Of a DNA stretch of 64,000 nucleotides, positions 1 through 9,864 are shown piece by piece. The stretch's first letter is position 1. Each line of letters starts with the position of its first letter. The stretch is taken from positions 16,793 through 80,792 of IMG/VR virus record IMGVR_UViG_3300028883_000044. The stretch is one strand, 5' to 3'. The stretch is from a virus. The notes below the pieces were generated by a model. The model saw only the letters and a list, made by a program, of their open reading frames with translations, did not search any database and had not been told where the DNA came from. A program made the position numbers and the translations under genes.

Positions 1-1579
1 TAAGTTCTGCTACAGATGTATCTGTTTGAAAACCAGATATAAAAGCTCTTACCATATTACCAGTTTCAGTAGCACTCTTATTAGATACTTCTGCAGAAGC
101 GGCAATAACAGCATTCAATTCATCTACTTCTAGACCAACATTATTAGCGGCTGTAGCTACAATTGAAAATGACATAGCGAGTGATTCAATATCTACATTA
201 GCTACCTTTGAAACAGCTACCCATTTATCTAATAGAGATACACCCTCTGTCAATTCCATATCCAATTGTTTCAAAGCGGCTGATAGAACGTCTAAAGCCT
301 GAGCTTCATCCATCCCCGATAACTGAGAAAGTGCTAATGAATCTTTAAGTAGAATTGTAGCAGTGGCTGATCTTTCTAATTCATTCTTTAAATTACCTGC
401 GGCAATGTAAGCCATCCTATAGCTATCAACAGTACCTGCTACACTCTCGCCCATTTCACTAGCTACATCGACTAACCCATCAAAAGTTTTGTACAATTCA
501 CTTGATGACTGTGCTGTCACAATTTGAACTTCTGCTAATTTAGTTTCTGTAACAATCATTTCATCAATGAGCTCTTCAAATTTTCTAATAGGTGCATAAA
601 CAACACCAATAGCTAATGTCCATTTAGCTACTTCGCCGATGTCTCGTACAATGGCATCAGAGAAAGTTCTGAATCGTTTTTGTGTATCCTTTAGTACTGT
701 ACCATGTTTATCTAATGACATATTCATGGTATCAAATACATGTGCACCATCCCCACCCATCGTATGCTTTTTTGTAAACTGAACTCTAGCCATACCTGTA
801 GAAGCTTCACGATTTATCTTTGTAATTTTATCTACACTATACCCGTACTTTTCAGCAAATTTCTCAACATTTTTTAGACCTTCTTCACCCCACTGTTGTC
901 GGATATAATCCTCAGTTGTATCAAAAGATTCTTCCATTCCCCCGCCACCAGCTCGTCTATTTTCATATTCCCAAGGGCTTTCAACATTAGTCCCATGTTG
1001 GGCATATGCAATATTCATTCGCTGTATTGCGGCTAGGTAATCATATATCTGTTTAATTTCTGGAATAGTTTCAGGAGGAAATAATGGTTCTTTTCTACCA
1101 GCACCCTGTAATAGTGCATTCATTCTAGAAAGTTCATCATTAACTTGCTGAACACTGGTTGTCCTACCTATACTTCCTCTAAATGAGGAAAGAATTCTAT
1201 CTTGGTCCTCACTAGTTCTTAAAGATGTAGGTAAACCTCCTCGTAAATTAGCATAAGCTTCTGTTCCAGCACCGGGTGAACGAACAGATGTAGCAAACCT
1301 ATTACTAACACTTAATAAGTTTTCTAAGGCTTTAGCAAGCTTTTGAGTACTTTGTGAAGAAGCATCAAAACCTGTGGTTATTTGATTAGCATTTTTTATA
1401 ACAGTATCGAAAGCTGTAGCAAAAGTATCCGCAGTAACAGTAAATTTACCAGACCCTATATTAGCTAGAGCATTGTTTAATAACTCTAAAGCTTTAATAG
1501 CTTCTGGAGATTTAACACTGATTACATTAAAGAACTCTTGTAATGCTTTTATACTCTCATGTATTTGGCTATTTGCCAT
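1..1579 (-). CDS. Tail tape measure protein, TP901-like (N-terminal part; runs off window edge)
   Basis: Not in ORF track. ATG at 1579 (MANSQIHESIKALQEFF...) is in frame with the Ala/Ser/Thr-rich helical segment at the window edge (...LDKWVAVSKVANVDIESLAMSFSIVATAANNVGLEVDELNAVIAASAEVSNKSATETGNMVRAF); position after tail chaperone. Confidence 0.85.
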   Translation of the reverse strand, partial: MANSQIHESIKALQEFFNVISVKSPEAIKALELLNNALANIGSGKFTVTADTFATAFDTVIKNANQITTGFDASSQSTQKLAKALENLLSVSNRFATSVRSPGAGTEAYANLRGGLPTSLRTSEDQDRILSSFRGSIGRTTSVQQVNDELSRMNALLQGAGRKEPLFPPETIPEIKQIYDYLAAIQRMNIAYAQHGTNVESPWEYENRRAGGGGMEESFDTTEDYIRQQWGEEGLKNVEKFAEKYGYSVDKITKINREASTGMARVQFTKKHTMGGDGAHVFDTMNMSLDKHGTVLKDTQKRFRTFSDAIVRDIGEVAKWTLAIGVVYAPIRKFEELIDEMIVTETKLAEVQIVTAQSSSELYKTFDGLVDVASEMGESVAGTVDSYRMAYIAAGNLKNELERSATATILLKDSLALSQLSGMDEAQALDVLSAALKQLDMELTEGVSLLDKWVAVSKVANVDIESLAMSFSIVATAANNVGLEVDELNAVIAASAEVSNKSATETGNMVRAFISGFQTDTSVAEL

Positions 1580-1582
1580 AAG

Positions 1583-1882
1583 TTATCCTTCGATAGCATT
1601 TTCTGAAATTAGTATTGAGTTACTTTTGCTATCTTCTTTATTTTTTCCATAAACTCTATCAAGCCAATTATCTAAGTCACTTGAAGTACCATCCCATATT
1701 ATTTTATCTGTAGGTCTTTTATCTTTAGGTAATTCACTTAGATTATCAACTTGCATTCGCTTTCGTATAACATAAGATATTGTATAAGGTAAGTAATTTA
1801 TTTCTGTAATTGAACGATCAAAAGGAATTCCTAATCCCTTTGAAACAGTCCATAAAGAAGCTATACCATTACTCCTAGCTAT
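1583..1882 (-). CDS. C-terminal extension of tail assembly chaperone (GT-type product via -1 frameshift)
   Basis: 99-codon open -1 frame (IARSNGIASLW...ENAIEG*) begins at slippery T TTA AAA AAA TAG (1879-1891) and fills the gap to the tape measure gene. Confidence 0.8.
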   Translation of the reverse strand: MARSNGIASLWTVSKGLGIPFDRSITEINYLPYTISYVIRKRMQVDNLSELPKDKRPTDKIIWDGTSSDLDNWLDRVYGKNKEDSKSNSILISENAIEG

Positions 1883-2592
1883 TTTTTTAAAGTTTCGGTG
1901 GATATTTCTAAATCAGAATACGCACTAAAAATCTGTTTCTTTATATCCTGTGGTAAATTATCAAACTGTTCATAGTTACCGAAGTAATGTGTTATATACT
2001 TATTGTCACGGTATACACTTAGAAATACAGTCATAGACCTAAAAGCATCTAACATAGTAGCTTCACATATTGTATCTATAACAGCCTTCTCATATTTTTT
2101 ATACAGAATTTCTAAATCTATTTCACCTAAAGTTTTCTTTTCTTTTTCTATAAACTTGGTTGTTTTTTCTTTTAGGATTTCTGCTCGTTTTTTACTCCAA
2201 TCATCTACTACTTTCTGATATTTTTCATGGGCTTCTAAATCAGCTTTCTCAGAAGGTTCAGTAGGTAAAGGTAAATCAATCTCCTCTGAGACCTGTTTAT
2301 AAAAAGTTTTAATTTGAGTTGCTAAGATAGCTTCTATATAAATTTCCCTGCTCTCTTCATCATAGGGTAATATATAAGCAAACCTTTCTTCTGAAACTTC
2401 TTTTCTAAGATTCTCTCGTAACTCAGCACTCTTTCGTAGAGCAAATACTCTAGCTCTATTTATATCAGCATCCCCAGCTAATCTTATATATAATGTTACT
2501 ATTGTATCACCTTTACTATTTTTTAAGCTTAGTTTCTTTTTCCACTCAAAAAGTTTAGATATATCAACATCATTTTTTTCAATTGACTCCAT
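1879..2592 (-). CDS. Tail assembly chaperone (G-type)
   Basis: Between tail tube and tape measure; ends in slippery sequence; AGGAGG RBS. Confidence 0.75.
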   Translation of the reverse strand: MESIEKNDVDISKLFEWKKKLSLKNSKGDTIVTLYIRLAGDADINRARVFALRKSAELRENLRKEVSEERFAYILPYDEESREIYIEAILATQIKTFYKQVSEEIDLPLPTEPSEKADLEAHEKYQKVVDDWSKKRAEILKEKTTKFIEKEKKTLGEIDLEILYKKYEKAVIDTICEATMLDAFRSMTVFLSVYRDNKYITHYFGNYEQFDNLPQDIKKQIFSAYSDLEISTETLKK

Positions 2593-2618
2593 TCCATACC
2601 TCCTAGTTAAAATTAAAT

Positions 2619-2656
2619 GGGGCTATAAATAAACGTAATAGTCTATATATAGCCCC
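2619..2656 (-). terminator. Stem-loop after tail tube gene
   Basis: GGGGCTATA...TATAGCCCC inverted repeat followed by U-rich tract on minus strand. Confidence 0.5.
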
Positions 2657-2692
2657 GTCTTACTACCTTTATGCTATTTTCAAAATTTTATA

Positions 2693-3886
2693 TTATGCTC
2701 GTGCACCACTGTAAATAATACATTGAGCATCATTACTCTTATAATTAAATGTTTGTGTAATATTACTATTAACATTAGCCACAAAGCTATCGCCTTGGAC
2801 AGAAATGTTAGGTATGTAAATTGTTTTCAACACGGTATACGGTGCTTCGACATCACATGGGTCTATCAATTTAATTTCAAGAGAAACGCCTGAAATCGCA
2901 CAACCTTTACCGATTTCAAATTCAGTATCTCCACCATCAATAGAACCTGTTGTTAGTAATTCTATAAGTTCAGTATCTGTATCTAACACAGTGATCTGAC
3001 CTTCTACTGTAGGAACTTGAGACTGATAACCAACAATACTTCTATTACCGAGTTCTTTTACAGCTTCTGGTTTTAAGTTACCATTAATTGAAACTGACTG
3101 AACTCTCAAAATATCGTTAGCACCTATCAAAATATCTACGTCCTGTCCACGAACAGCAACTGCCTGAACAGAGTCAGAAATATATGACCAGTTATCTCCA
3201 GCAGGATTAGCATGATATACAGCTACTGCTTGGCTAACTCTACTGTCCCCTGTAGTAAGGGTTGTACCAGAAACACTATATTCACCAGTAGATGGACCTG
3301 CTGACACTTCTGTCAAATAATCACCATCTAAAATAACTGAAAGTAAATAATCACCGTTCTTTAGTTGAATAGGTGTTTCGCTTAATGTAAAACTTGTTGT
3401 TCCTGATTCAAAAGTATCTACAACAATATCATTTTTGAACCACCGTCTTTGAGAACCAATAGCTACATACTCTTCTGTAGACTCACCATCAATACTATAG
3501 TTGAAAGTGAAATCCCTAATCTGTAGTTTTTTTCCATGACCTGACTTTACATAATCAGTAGCAGTAGCACTTTTGATATAAAATATTGCATCTATTTCAC
3601 CAAGATTTGCTATATCAACTCCAGCACCTGGATAAGCATCCGGGTCTGTACCAGTCAATGCGGCGAATATCCTAATACCTACATCAAAACCACTGAACGT
3701 TACAGTAATTTCTGGAATATCATTTACTGTACCTGCGTGTAGATTATTACCAAGTTCATCAACATCTGTAGAACTAACATTTGCGTCTACATTCAATCGC
3801 TGAACCCTAGAAAGGTCTACAGAACCTAGCCGGTTAACAACGGAAAGTTTTACCTCTTTCGATGGAATTGCTAATCTTTTAGCCAT
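2693..3886 (-). CDS. Major tail (tube) protein
   Basis: 397 aa, acidic and beta-rich, with two similar halves (LSRVQRLNV.. / ILRVQSVSI..); synteny. Confidence 0.7.
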   Translation of the reverse strand: MAKRLAIPSKEVKLSVVNRLGSVDLSRVQRLNVDANVSSTDVDELGNNLHAGTVNDIPEITVTFSGFDVGIRIFAALTGTDPDAYPGAGVDIANLGEIDAIFYIKSATATDYVKSGHGKKLQIRDFTFNYSIDGESTEEYVAIGSQRRWFKNDIVVDTFESGTTSFTLSETPIQLKNGDYLLSVILDGDYLTEVSAGPSTGEYSVSGTTLTTGDSRVSQAVAVYHANPAGDNWSYISDSVQAVAVRGQDVDILIGANDILRVQSVSINGNLKPEAVKELGNRSIVGYQSQVPTVEGQITVLDTDTELIELLTTGSIDGGDTEFEIGKGCAISGVSLEIKLIDPCDVEAPYTVLKTIYIPNISVQGDSFVANVNSNITQTFNYKSNDAQCIIYSGARA

Positions 3887-3899
3887 TTATTTAGCCTCC

Positions 3900-4349
3900 T
3901 TAACAAGATTCATATTCTGTAGTAAAAGTAAGTTGGGCACGCCAGTAGAGCATATCATTTACATCTGGAAATACTTTTACTAAATGTAACTTTATATTAT
4001 AAGGTAGAAGAACTCCTATTTTAGTTGGTGAAACTTCGGGAGGAAATCCTTCATCATAATCGTTAACTTCTACCCCTTCTTCAATATTATTTAATAATCT
4101 ATATCCCATACCATCCCGTTGTGATTTATTTTTGGCAAATATATTTATCGACCAAAACCCAGTTTTAGCACCTATGTTGTTACCCAGCTCAATTTGAAAA
4201 GTTGTAATATCTTCCCTTTCTATACTTATTGTCGGCAAAGAAAGAGCTTCCATTGGAAATTCATCCTGAACCGTTAATGAAGTAATATCACTAAATAAAT
4301 TACTTATCCAATAATACATAGCTAAATCTTGTTTCTTCTCTAAATACAT
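3900..4349 (-). CDS. Tail terminator / tail completion protein
   Basis: Size, LPTISIE...WSINIFAKNKSQRD pattern, directly upstream of tail tube. Confidence 0.6.
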   Translation of the reverse strand: MYLEKKQDLAMYYWISNLFSDITSLTVQDEFPMEALSLPTISIEREDITTFQIELGNNIGAKTGFWSINIFAKNKSQRDGMGYRLLNNIEEGVEVNDYDEGFPPEVSPTKIGVLLPYNIKLHLVKVFPDVNDMLYWRAQLTFTTEYESC

Positions 4350-4352
4350 TTA

Positions 4353-5357
4353 TTAATATCTCCTTTTTGTTACAATACCTATACGCTTACCAAACCGTTT
4401 ACTATCTCGAACAATAAGTTGCATTCTTTTATTTAAATAATCTACTTCCATGACAACATCGTTCATATTAAATTCTGCTAAACTTTTAAGAATTGTATCT
4501 AATTCAACCAAGGCATGTTCATATTCTTTACGTAATGTCTCGGTGTATTTATTATCCCCACTAAATTCCTGTGTCCTCGCTAATTCAGTATTGATATATG
4601 TATCCATTAATCGCTGGCATTCTATTTCAGATTTTTCTACAAAATTTGTAGGCAAAGCTACAGGATAAGCTGTGCCCTCATACCCGGGCATATTCACAGA
4701 ACCCTTATCTAAAAAATACCAATATCCTGCCCCACTGTCTAACGCAAGTCTGCTATTAATTATACCAGTATACTTACCAAAATCAATTTTCTTTTTACTA
4801 ACAAACTTACCTTTACTCTTTTTAGTTTTTATAGCGGGGGCTGGTGCACCTTCTCTAGCAATTTGATAAAGTTTTTTCCAATATTCAGAACGTTGCTCTG
4901 GAGTAAATTTATCACCCTTATTCCCATAGTGTACAGCTTCCATCCATTCTTCTGGATAGCCTGCTGTTTTATATGGTTCAACTGTTACAAATACTTTCTT
5001 CATACTATACTCTATAGTAAAATCAAAAGTATCTTCTTTCAATAAACAAGATTCTAATCTTCTCTGTAAAGCGTACCATTCGTATTCTTTATTTACAACA
5101 ATAGCCTCTCTTAAATGCTTATCTAATATCAGAAGAAACTGTGGTAACAGTGTATCAATTGTAGAAATAGCTAAAGATTTAAAATCTTTTTCTGTCTCTT
5201 CTGTAACAGCTAAATCATGGTAAGCTAATTCCCACTCCATTTCACTAAGAGTTTCTTGTAAATCAGATACATACCTCTTAGCAGAGGGGGTTAGTCTTTG
5301 CCAATTATTCAGCTCTGAAATCAGGTCGTTGAACATTTTCTTTTTCAATATCTCCAA
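4353..5357 (-). CDS. Putative neck/tail completion protein (likely start ATG 5336)
   Basis: Synteny in neck module; YWYFLDKGS weakly resembles HK97 gp10-like motif. Confidence 0.4.
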   Translation of the reverse strand: MEILKKKMFNDLISELNNWQRLTPSAKRYVSDLQETLSEMEWELAYHDLAVTEETEKDFKSLAISTIDTLLPQFLLILDKHLREAIVVNKEYEWYALQRRLESCLLKEDTFDFTIEYSMKKVFVTVEPYKTAGYPEEWMEAVHYGNKGDKFTPEQRSEYWKKLYQIAREGAPAPAIKTKKSKGKFVSKKKIDFGKYTGIINSRLALDSGAGYWYFLDKGSVNMPGYEGTAYPVALPTNFVEKSEIECQRLMDTYINTELARTQEFSGDNKYTETLRKEYEHALVELDTILKSLAEFNMNDVVMEVDYLNKRMQLIVRDSKRFGKRIGIVTKRRY

Positions 5358-5571
5358 ATATTAATCGAATTATCGACCTTGTATAATCATTAAAATAATC
5401 TAAAATTAATTTTCTAACTTTAATAAAATCTTCAGAATCTTTATCTATAACATTCTCAACATCATCCAAAAGAAGGGCTTGAAACCTCTTAGTCTTTTTT
5501 CTAATGAATGTTATTGTATCTATAGCATCGAGACCATTTATTATAATATTAGTGTCATTGAGCTTAGACAT
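5305..5571 (-). CDS. Hypothetical protein
   Basis: ORF coupled to neighbours. Confidence 0.6.
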   Translation of the reverse strand: MSKLNDTNIIINGLDAIDTITFIRKKTKRFQALLLDDVENVIDKDSEDFIKVRKLILDYFNDYTRSIIRLIFGDIEKENVQRPDFRAE

Positions 5572-6007
5572 CTTTTTTCCTCTCCTCTAAATTAATTATA
5601 ATCCTATTTATAGACGGTACCCCTCTATAAATAATATTCTTTTTAGCCATTTCCTTATCATCTACTATAAAAATATCGGATATATCAACGACATTTTTAT
5701 TTGTATCTGTATACTCAATTTGAACTTTACAATCACCTTCAGCTAATTGTCCCCCCGATACCCAGCCGAGTTCATCTACTTTACCCCAAGTTACATGAGC
5801 ATTAACTGAATAACCGCTAACAGTTTCAATCCAGTAAGCACCTTCACAGGCAATACAAAAAGGGTCTGTAGATAAATTAGTTGTAGGGTCTAATGTACAT
5901 AAAGAACAGGCGGATATAGTCGGTACATTTATGGTTATATCTCTACCTATGGCATTCCTTATATCATCAATTACTTGCTTGTAATCCTCCACCCACGTTA
6001 TGCTCAT
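5564..6007 (-). CDS. Putative head-closure (stopper) protein with CxxC...CxxC
   Basis: Synteny; CSLC and CIAC motifs; beta-rich C-terminus. Confidence 0.5.
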   Translation of the reverse strand: MSITWVEDYKQVIDDIRNAIGRDITINVPTISACSLCTLDPTTNLSTDPFCIACEGAYWIETVSGYSVNAHVTWGKVDELGWVSGGQLAEGDCKVQIEYTDTNKNVVDISDIFIVDDKEMAKKNIIYRGVPSINRIIINLEERKKDV

Positions 6008-7226
6008 TTTCTTCTACCTCAACTTTTACTTCTTCCGTTACAGTATTTTCAAAAACTCTTGCCCATCTTTTTGCAATAGTTTTCCATGAGTATTTGGAAG
6101 ATGTAAATTTTTTATATGATTTTTCTTCCAGTTCTTTTCTGAGGTCTTTATCTGTATAAAGCATTTCCATCCCCTTTGCTACATCAGCAGGATGTACTAA
6201 ACCTCCAGTAGTATTAATATTATCTTGAATAATCGCCTGTCGTGGCTCAATAAGAACCCCACAATCTCCAAATAATTCTAAACAGGAACTATGTGCTGGA
6301 ACTATTTGAGCCGCTCTGGTTACTGTATGTTCCATGCTAACTAATCCCCACCCTTCTCCTACAGAAGTATTAATACCTATATCAGTTGCATTATAAATTT
6401 TATTTAGTTTCTCTACAGATTTTCGCTGAACACCGTTGGTCAAATCAGTTAAAATAAGACGATTAACTATACCATAGCGTTTAGCTAATTTTGCTACATT
6501 TATAGCGGCGTCTGTATTACCTCCATGATAATACATTTTAACATTTAAAGGTTTATCGCTGGAGAATATAGCAAAAGCTTGTAAACTTATATCTATCCTT
6601 TTACGTGGTTGATTTCTATTAGCATTTAAAACTATAAAAGAATCCTCAAAATCTTTGGCACCTTTCGGATAAATTTCTCTCTTTACTTCTAATTTATTTT
6701 CTAATGGATAAAATATTTTCTTATCAATACCATGTGGCATTATTTCCACAACCATTTTAGGATTTGCTTTTAATACAACATCTTTAGCAAATTCTGTATA
6801 AACAAATATCTTATCAACTATATCAAAATTAGTATACCATTCAGGATCATGATCCATTGCATCTATTGGAAAATACACAATTATTTTTGGTATACTTTTA
6901 TTTTTAAATTCTTTTAATGCAAATGTTTTTTTAATTTCTTTTAGATAAGCATTAATAACCCACGCATCATTTAATAGGAATATAAAGTCATAATCGTCTT
7001 GTAACAATAATTCTTTTATTCTATTATAACCATATATATTTCCTTTAGAAAAAGCGGGAAATATTTTATGGGAATACTCATGTGGGTCTCCAAAATAATT
7101 AACAGCTAACTGTGCTATTTCAAATTTTGTTTTCGGTAAATTATCTATAATACCGTGCATTACTCTGGAAAATCCCGTAGGCACTACACCATCACCTATA
7201 AAAAAACCTTTCAATTTCCTTTCCAT
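5967..7226 (-). CDS. Glycosyltransferase family 4 (GT-B)
   Basis: PTGFSRV, PHGID, NRNQPRKR, IYNATDIGINTSVGEGWGLVSME motifs. Confidence 0.9.
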   Translation of the reverse strand: MERKLKGFFIGDGVVPTGFSRVMHGIIDNLPKTKFEIAQLAVNYFGDPHEYSHKIFPAFSKGNIYGYNRIKELLLQDDYDFIFLLNDAWVINAYLKEIKKTFALKEFKNKSIPKIIVYFPIDAMDHDPEWYTNFDIVDKIFVYTEFAKDVVLKANPKMVVEIMPHGIDKKIFYPLENKLEVKREIYPKGAKDFEDSFIVLNANRNQPRKRIDISLQAFAIFSSDKPLNVKMYYHGGNTDAAINVAKLAKRYGIVNRLILTDLTNGVQRKSVEKLNKIYNATDIGINTSVGEGWGLVSMEHTVTRAAQIVPAHSSCLELFGDCGVLIEPRQAIIQDNINTTGGLVHPADVAKGMEMLYTDKDLRKELEEKSYKKFTSSKYSWKTIAKRWARVFENTVTEEVKVEVEENEHNVGGGLQASN

Positions 7227-7237
7227 CTTTCCTCCTT

Positions 7238-7750
7238 CTATATGTTGTCTCCATTTTCATACTTATTTTTTAAGTAACCGGGCAACGATCCTTTATAAGG
7301 TTGAGCTAATCGTTTAGTTGGTGGTAATAATAAGTTCTCTAATTCATTAGTTAAGTTCTTTAATATTGTACTTTTAGTTCTATACTTTTCAAGATTAGAA
7401 AAAGAAATCTCACTATCTTTCCAAGATACTGCATCCCAACTGGAATTCTCTAAAGAGCCTTCTAGTAAAATTATACAAGCCATAATCAATAAAGCTTGTT
7501 CATCTTTATGTTCAATTACTGGTGGAGAATCAAATAAAAACAATTCAACAGAAGCTGAATTTCTAGTTACTACATAAGAATCATCTAAAATATATTTATG
7601 ATTCCACCAGTTGTTTAAAGTTTTTAAAGCTGAGATTAAAGAGGCTCTTATCCATTCATCTAAATAAGAATAACTTTCTGAATTAAGGTCACCCACACGT
7701 AATCTTACATATGGGATTAGGTAATCTAAGTCAGAGCTTTCAGGGAACAT
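7238..7750 (-). CDS. Head-tail adaptor (connector) protein
   Basis: LIPYVRLRVGD N-terminus; synteny after capsid. Confidence 0.55.
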   Translation of the reverse strand: MFPESSDLDYLIPYVRLRVGDLNSESYSYLDEWIRASLISALKTLNNWWNHKYILDDSYVVTRNSASVELFLFDSPPVIEHKDEQALLIMACIILLEGSLENSSWDAVSWKDSEISFSNLEKYRTKSTILKNLTNELENLLLPPTKRLAQPYKGSLPGYLKNKYENGDNI

Positions 7751-7765
7751 TTATACCTACCTATT

Positions 7766-8296
7766 TTAATCTTCGGACTCTGCTTCCTCTTCTTCATCTG
7801 ACTGAACAAAAGTAAGTCTAGCCTCTATTAAATTAATTATTTTTTCAGACTTTTCTAAGTCACGTGCTTTACTCAATACTCTAAATAAAATGGCGGTAGA
7901 TGTCATTTTCTTTAATGCGTATTTGATGCTAAAGAATTTACTCATAAGTAATTCTTCTATCTCTTCATCTGTCATTATATTAAAATTCTTTTCTTTTTCT
8001 TCTTCTTCCTTTTCAACAGACCTATCGTATTCAATGATATTACCCTTTTCTAAATGGTATCTATTCATTTTTCTAAAGAAAGAATCTTCTGATTCTGACC
8101 ACACATCAACAACAATTTTATCTAGATTAATTTTGTGTGCAAAGGGATTACCTTTTAAAATTAAATCTTCTGGATTTCCTGTATATGTATTCATTACACG
8201 TACATAAATTCGAGGTACGCATACCTTCTTATAAGATTTAAAAGGTAAGCCTACCTGCATTGCAGATACTTCATTTGCTGTTTTATTTACTACCAT
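7766..8296 (-). CDS. Hypothetical protein (post-capsid)
   Basis: ORF with AGGAGG RBS. Confidence 0.6.
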   Translation of the reverse strand: MVVNKTANEVSAMQVGLPFKSYKKVCVPRIYVRVMNTYTGNPEDLILKGNPFAHKINLDKIVVDVWSESEDSFFRKMNRYHLEKGNIIEYDRSVEKEEEEKEKNFNIMTDEEIEELLMSKFFSIKYALKKMTSTAILFRVLSKARDLEKSEKIINLIEARLTFVQSDEEEEAESED

Positions 8297-8322
8297 ATAC
8301 TCCTCCTTTCCTAAGTATAAAT

Positions 8323-8345
8323 GGGGGATAGTTAATCTATCCCCC
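8323..8345 (-). terminator. Stem-loop after major capsid gene
   Basis: GGGGGATAG-ttaat-CTATCCCCC. Confidence 0.6.
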
Positions 8346-8361
8346 TACTTTCCTATAAAAA

Positions 8362-9270
8362 TTATGAAGTAGTAACACTCAAAACATAAACGCCCTGAGC
8401 ATTATCTATAATCATACCAAATTGCTGATAAACTTCTACCATCCACTGTGGGGGTGTAGGATTCATATCAGTCCACTGTTTCCACTTGGCATCACCGTAA
8501 GTAATAAACTCACCAGCATTTTCACCAATAACAAGAATCTTATCTGCTGGTAAACTAATAGCATTATAATCATCAGGATTGTCATATACCTGATCTAAGA
8601 ATAACAGAGGAACACCATAATACTTACCTACCTGACCACGTTCAAGAATTTCCTGAACTTGGGTAGGAATCTCAGTAACATTTGTTCCGTCTGACCAAAA
8701 ACCTGCAAACTTAGTAATAGGTGTCATAGCGGCTCTAGAGCCAACTACAAGTTTGGCACCGGGTGTAACTAAATTAATTTGGTCAATAGCATCTTCTAAA
8801 GCTGTAGCGGTAATTACTCCGCCAACATCTGTATAATTGTCCGGGGCATAAGCTTCGGTCCATACATCTGTAAGTGCTGTAAAAACTTTAGTAAGATAAA
8901 AATCTTTCAACTTAGCAAGCATTTCAGATTTAATTTCCTGAACACTTCCTATATCTCCATTTTCAATATCCCACTCATTATAAGTAACTTTTACATCAGC
9001 ACCGTCAAGAATGTAATTCATTCTTTCAGATGTAGTAACCTCACTAGCTAAGTGCACAGAACCTGGTACTAAAGTTCTAACTTTAATACCTTTTCGTGTT
9101 TTCTTAACAAGTGCGTCACCGGGCTTTAAATTTCTTGTGTTGAGCATCATTCCTATAAAGTCTGTAGTAATATGGTCTGGACCTACATACTCAACTATGA
9201 GTTCAGCAATAGCATCCCTGTTGCCACTTTCTACAACAGATGCCATAGCTTTTTTCAGTTTTTCATCCAT
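8362..9270 (-). CDS. Major capsid protein (HK97 fold)
   Basis: 302 aa; order portal-protease-decoration-capsid; GKYYGVPL-type motif; followed by hairpin. Confidence 0.8.
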   Translation of the reverse strand: MDEKLKKAMASVVESGNRDAIAELIVEYVGPDHITTDFIGMMLNTRNLKPGDALVKKTRKGIKVRTLVPGSVHLASEVTTSERMNYILDGADVKVTYNEWDIENGDIGSVQEIKSEMLAKLKDFYLTKVFTALTDVWTEAYAPDNYTDVGGVITATALEDAIDQINLVTPGAKLVVGSRAAMTPITKFAGFWSDGTNVTEIPTQVQEILERGQVGKYYGVPLLFLDQVYDNPDDYNAISLPADKILVIGENAGEFITYGDAKWKQWTDMNPTPPQWMVEVYQQFGMIIDNAQGVYVLSVTTS

Positions 9271-9287
9271 TATAGCTATATCCTCCT

Positions 9288-9851
9288 TTATAATGTTCTG
9301 AATGTCAGGGTAAAGTTTGTAGAATCAAAATATTCCACAGTACCTATAGTACCTGAAGCATCATATTGTAATTTTCCTGAATCGTCCGCACCGTCATCCT
9401 CTGTATTACACACAGACAAGTTTGCACCTGGAGTAAGGTCTGCACTATAAACAAAGTTACCAGAAGTAACTGTAAATACACCCCTGTCTAAAGCCAAGGC
9501 TAGTTCGCCTGATGGAATAGTCTGAGGAGTACTCATATTGCCCGGATGTGTAACGTAAACATCAGTATTGAAAGGTGTTTGAGCATCTTGATCCCAGCCA
9601 CCTCTTCGAAGAGCATAAGTATTTGAAGGATATGTAAGTAGTGGAGTTTGCCTATTATCTAAAGCAAATGCAGAAACAAACTTGGCTTTAGCGGCATCAG
9701 TAGAGTTTGCAGGTAATTTAATACCGGGCAAATCAGTCCTACTGCCAAAGTCATGGGAAGCACCTGCATTAGTAATAACAACCATTCTCCCTTCAACAAT
9801 AGCTTCTGTAGCGACTACACCTACTATATCAGTATATTTATTGATTTCCAT
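9288..9851 (-). CDS. Capsid decoration/cement protein
   Basis: Gly/Thr-rich beta protein between scaffold and capsid genes. Confidence 0.55.
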   Translation of the reverse strand: MEINKYTDIVGVVATEAIVEGRMVVITNAGASHDFGSRTDLPGIKLPANSTDAAKAKFVSAFALDNRQTPLLTYPSNTYALRRGGWDQDAQTPFNTDVYVTHPGNMSTPQTIPSGELALALDRGVFTVTSGNFVYSADLTPGANLSVCNTEDDGADDSGKLQYDASGTIGTVEYFDSTNFTLTFRTL

Positions 9852-9864
9852 CTTGGATTACTCC

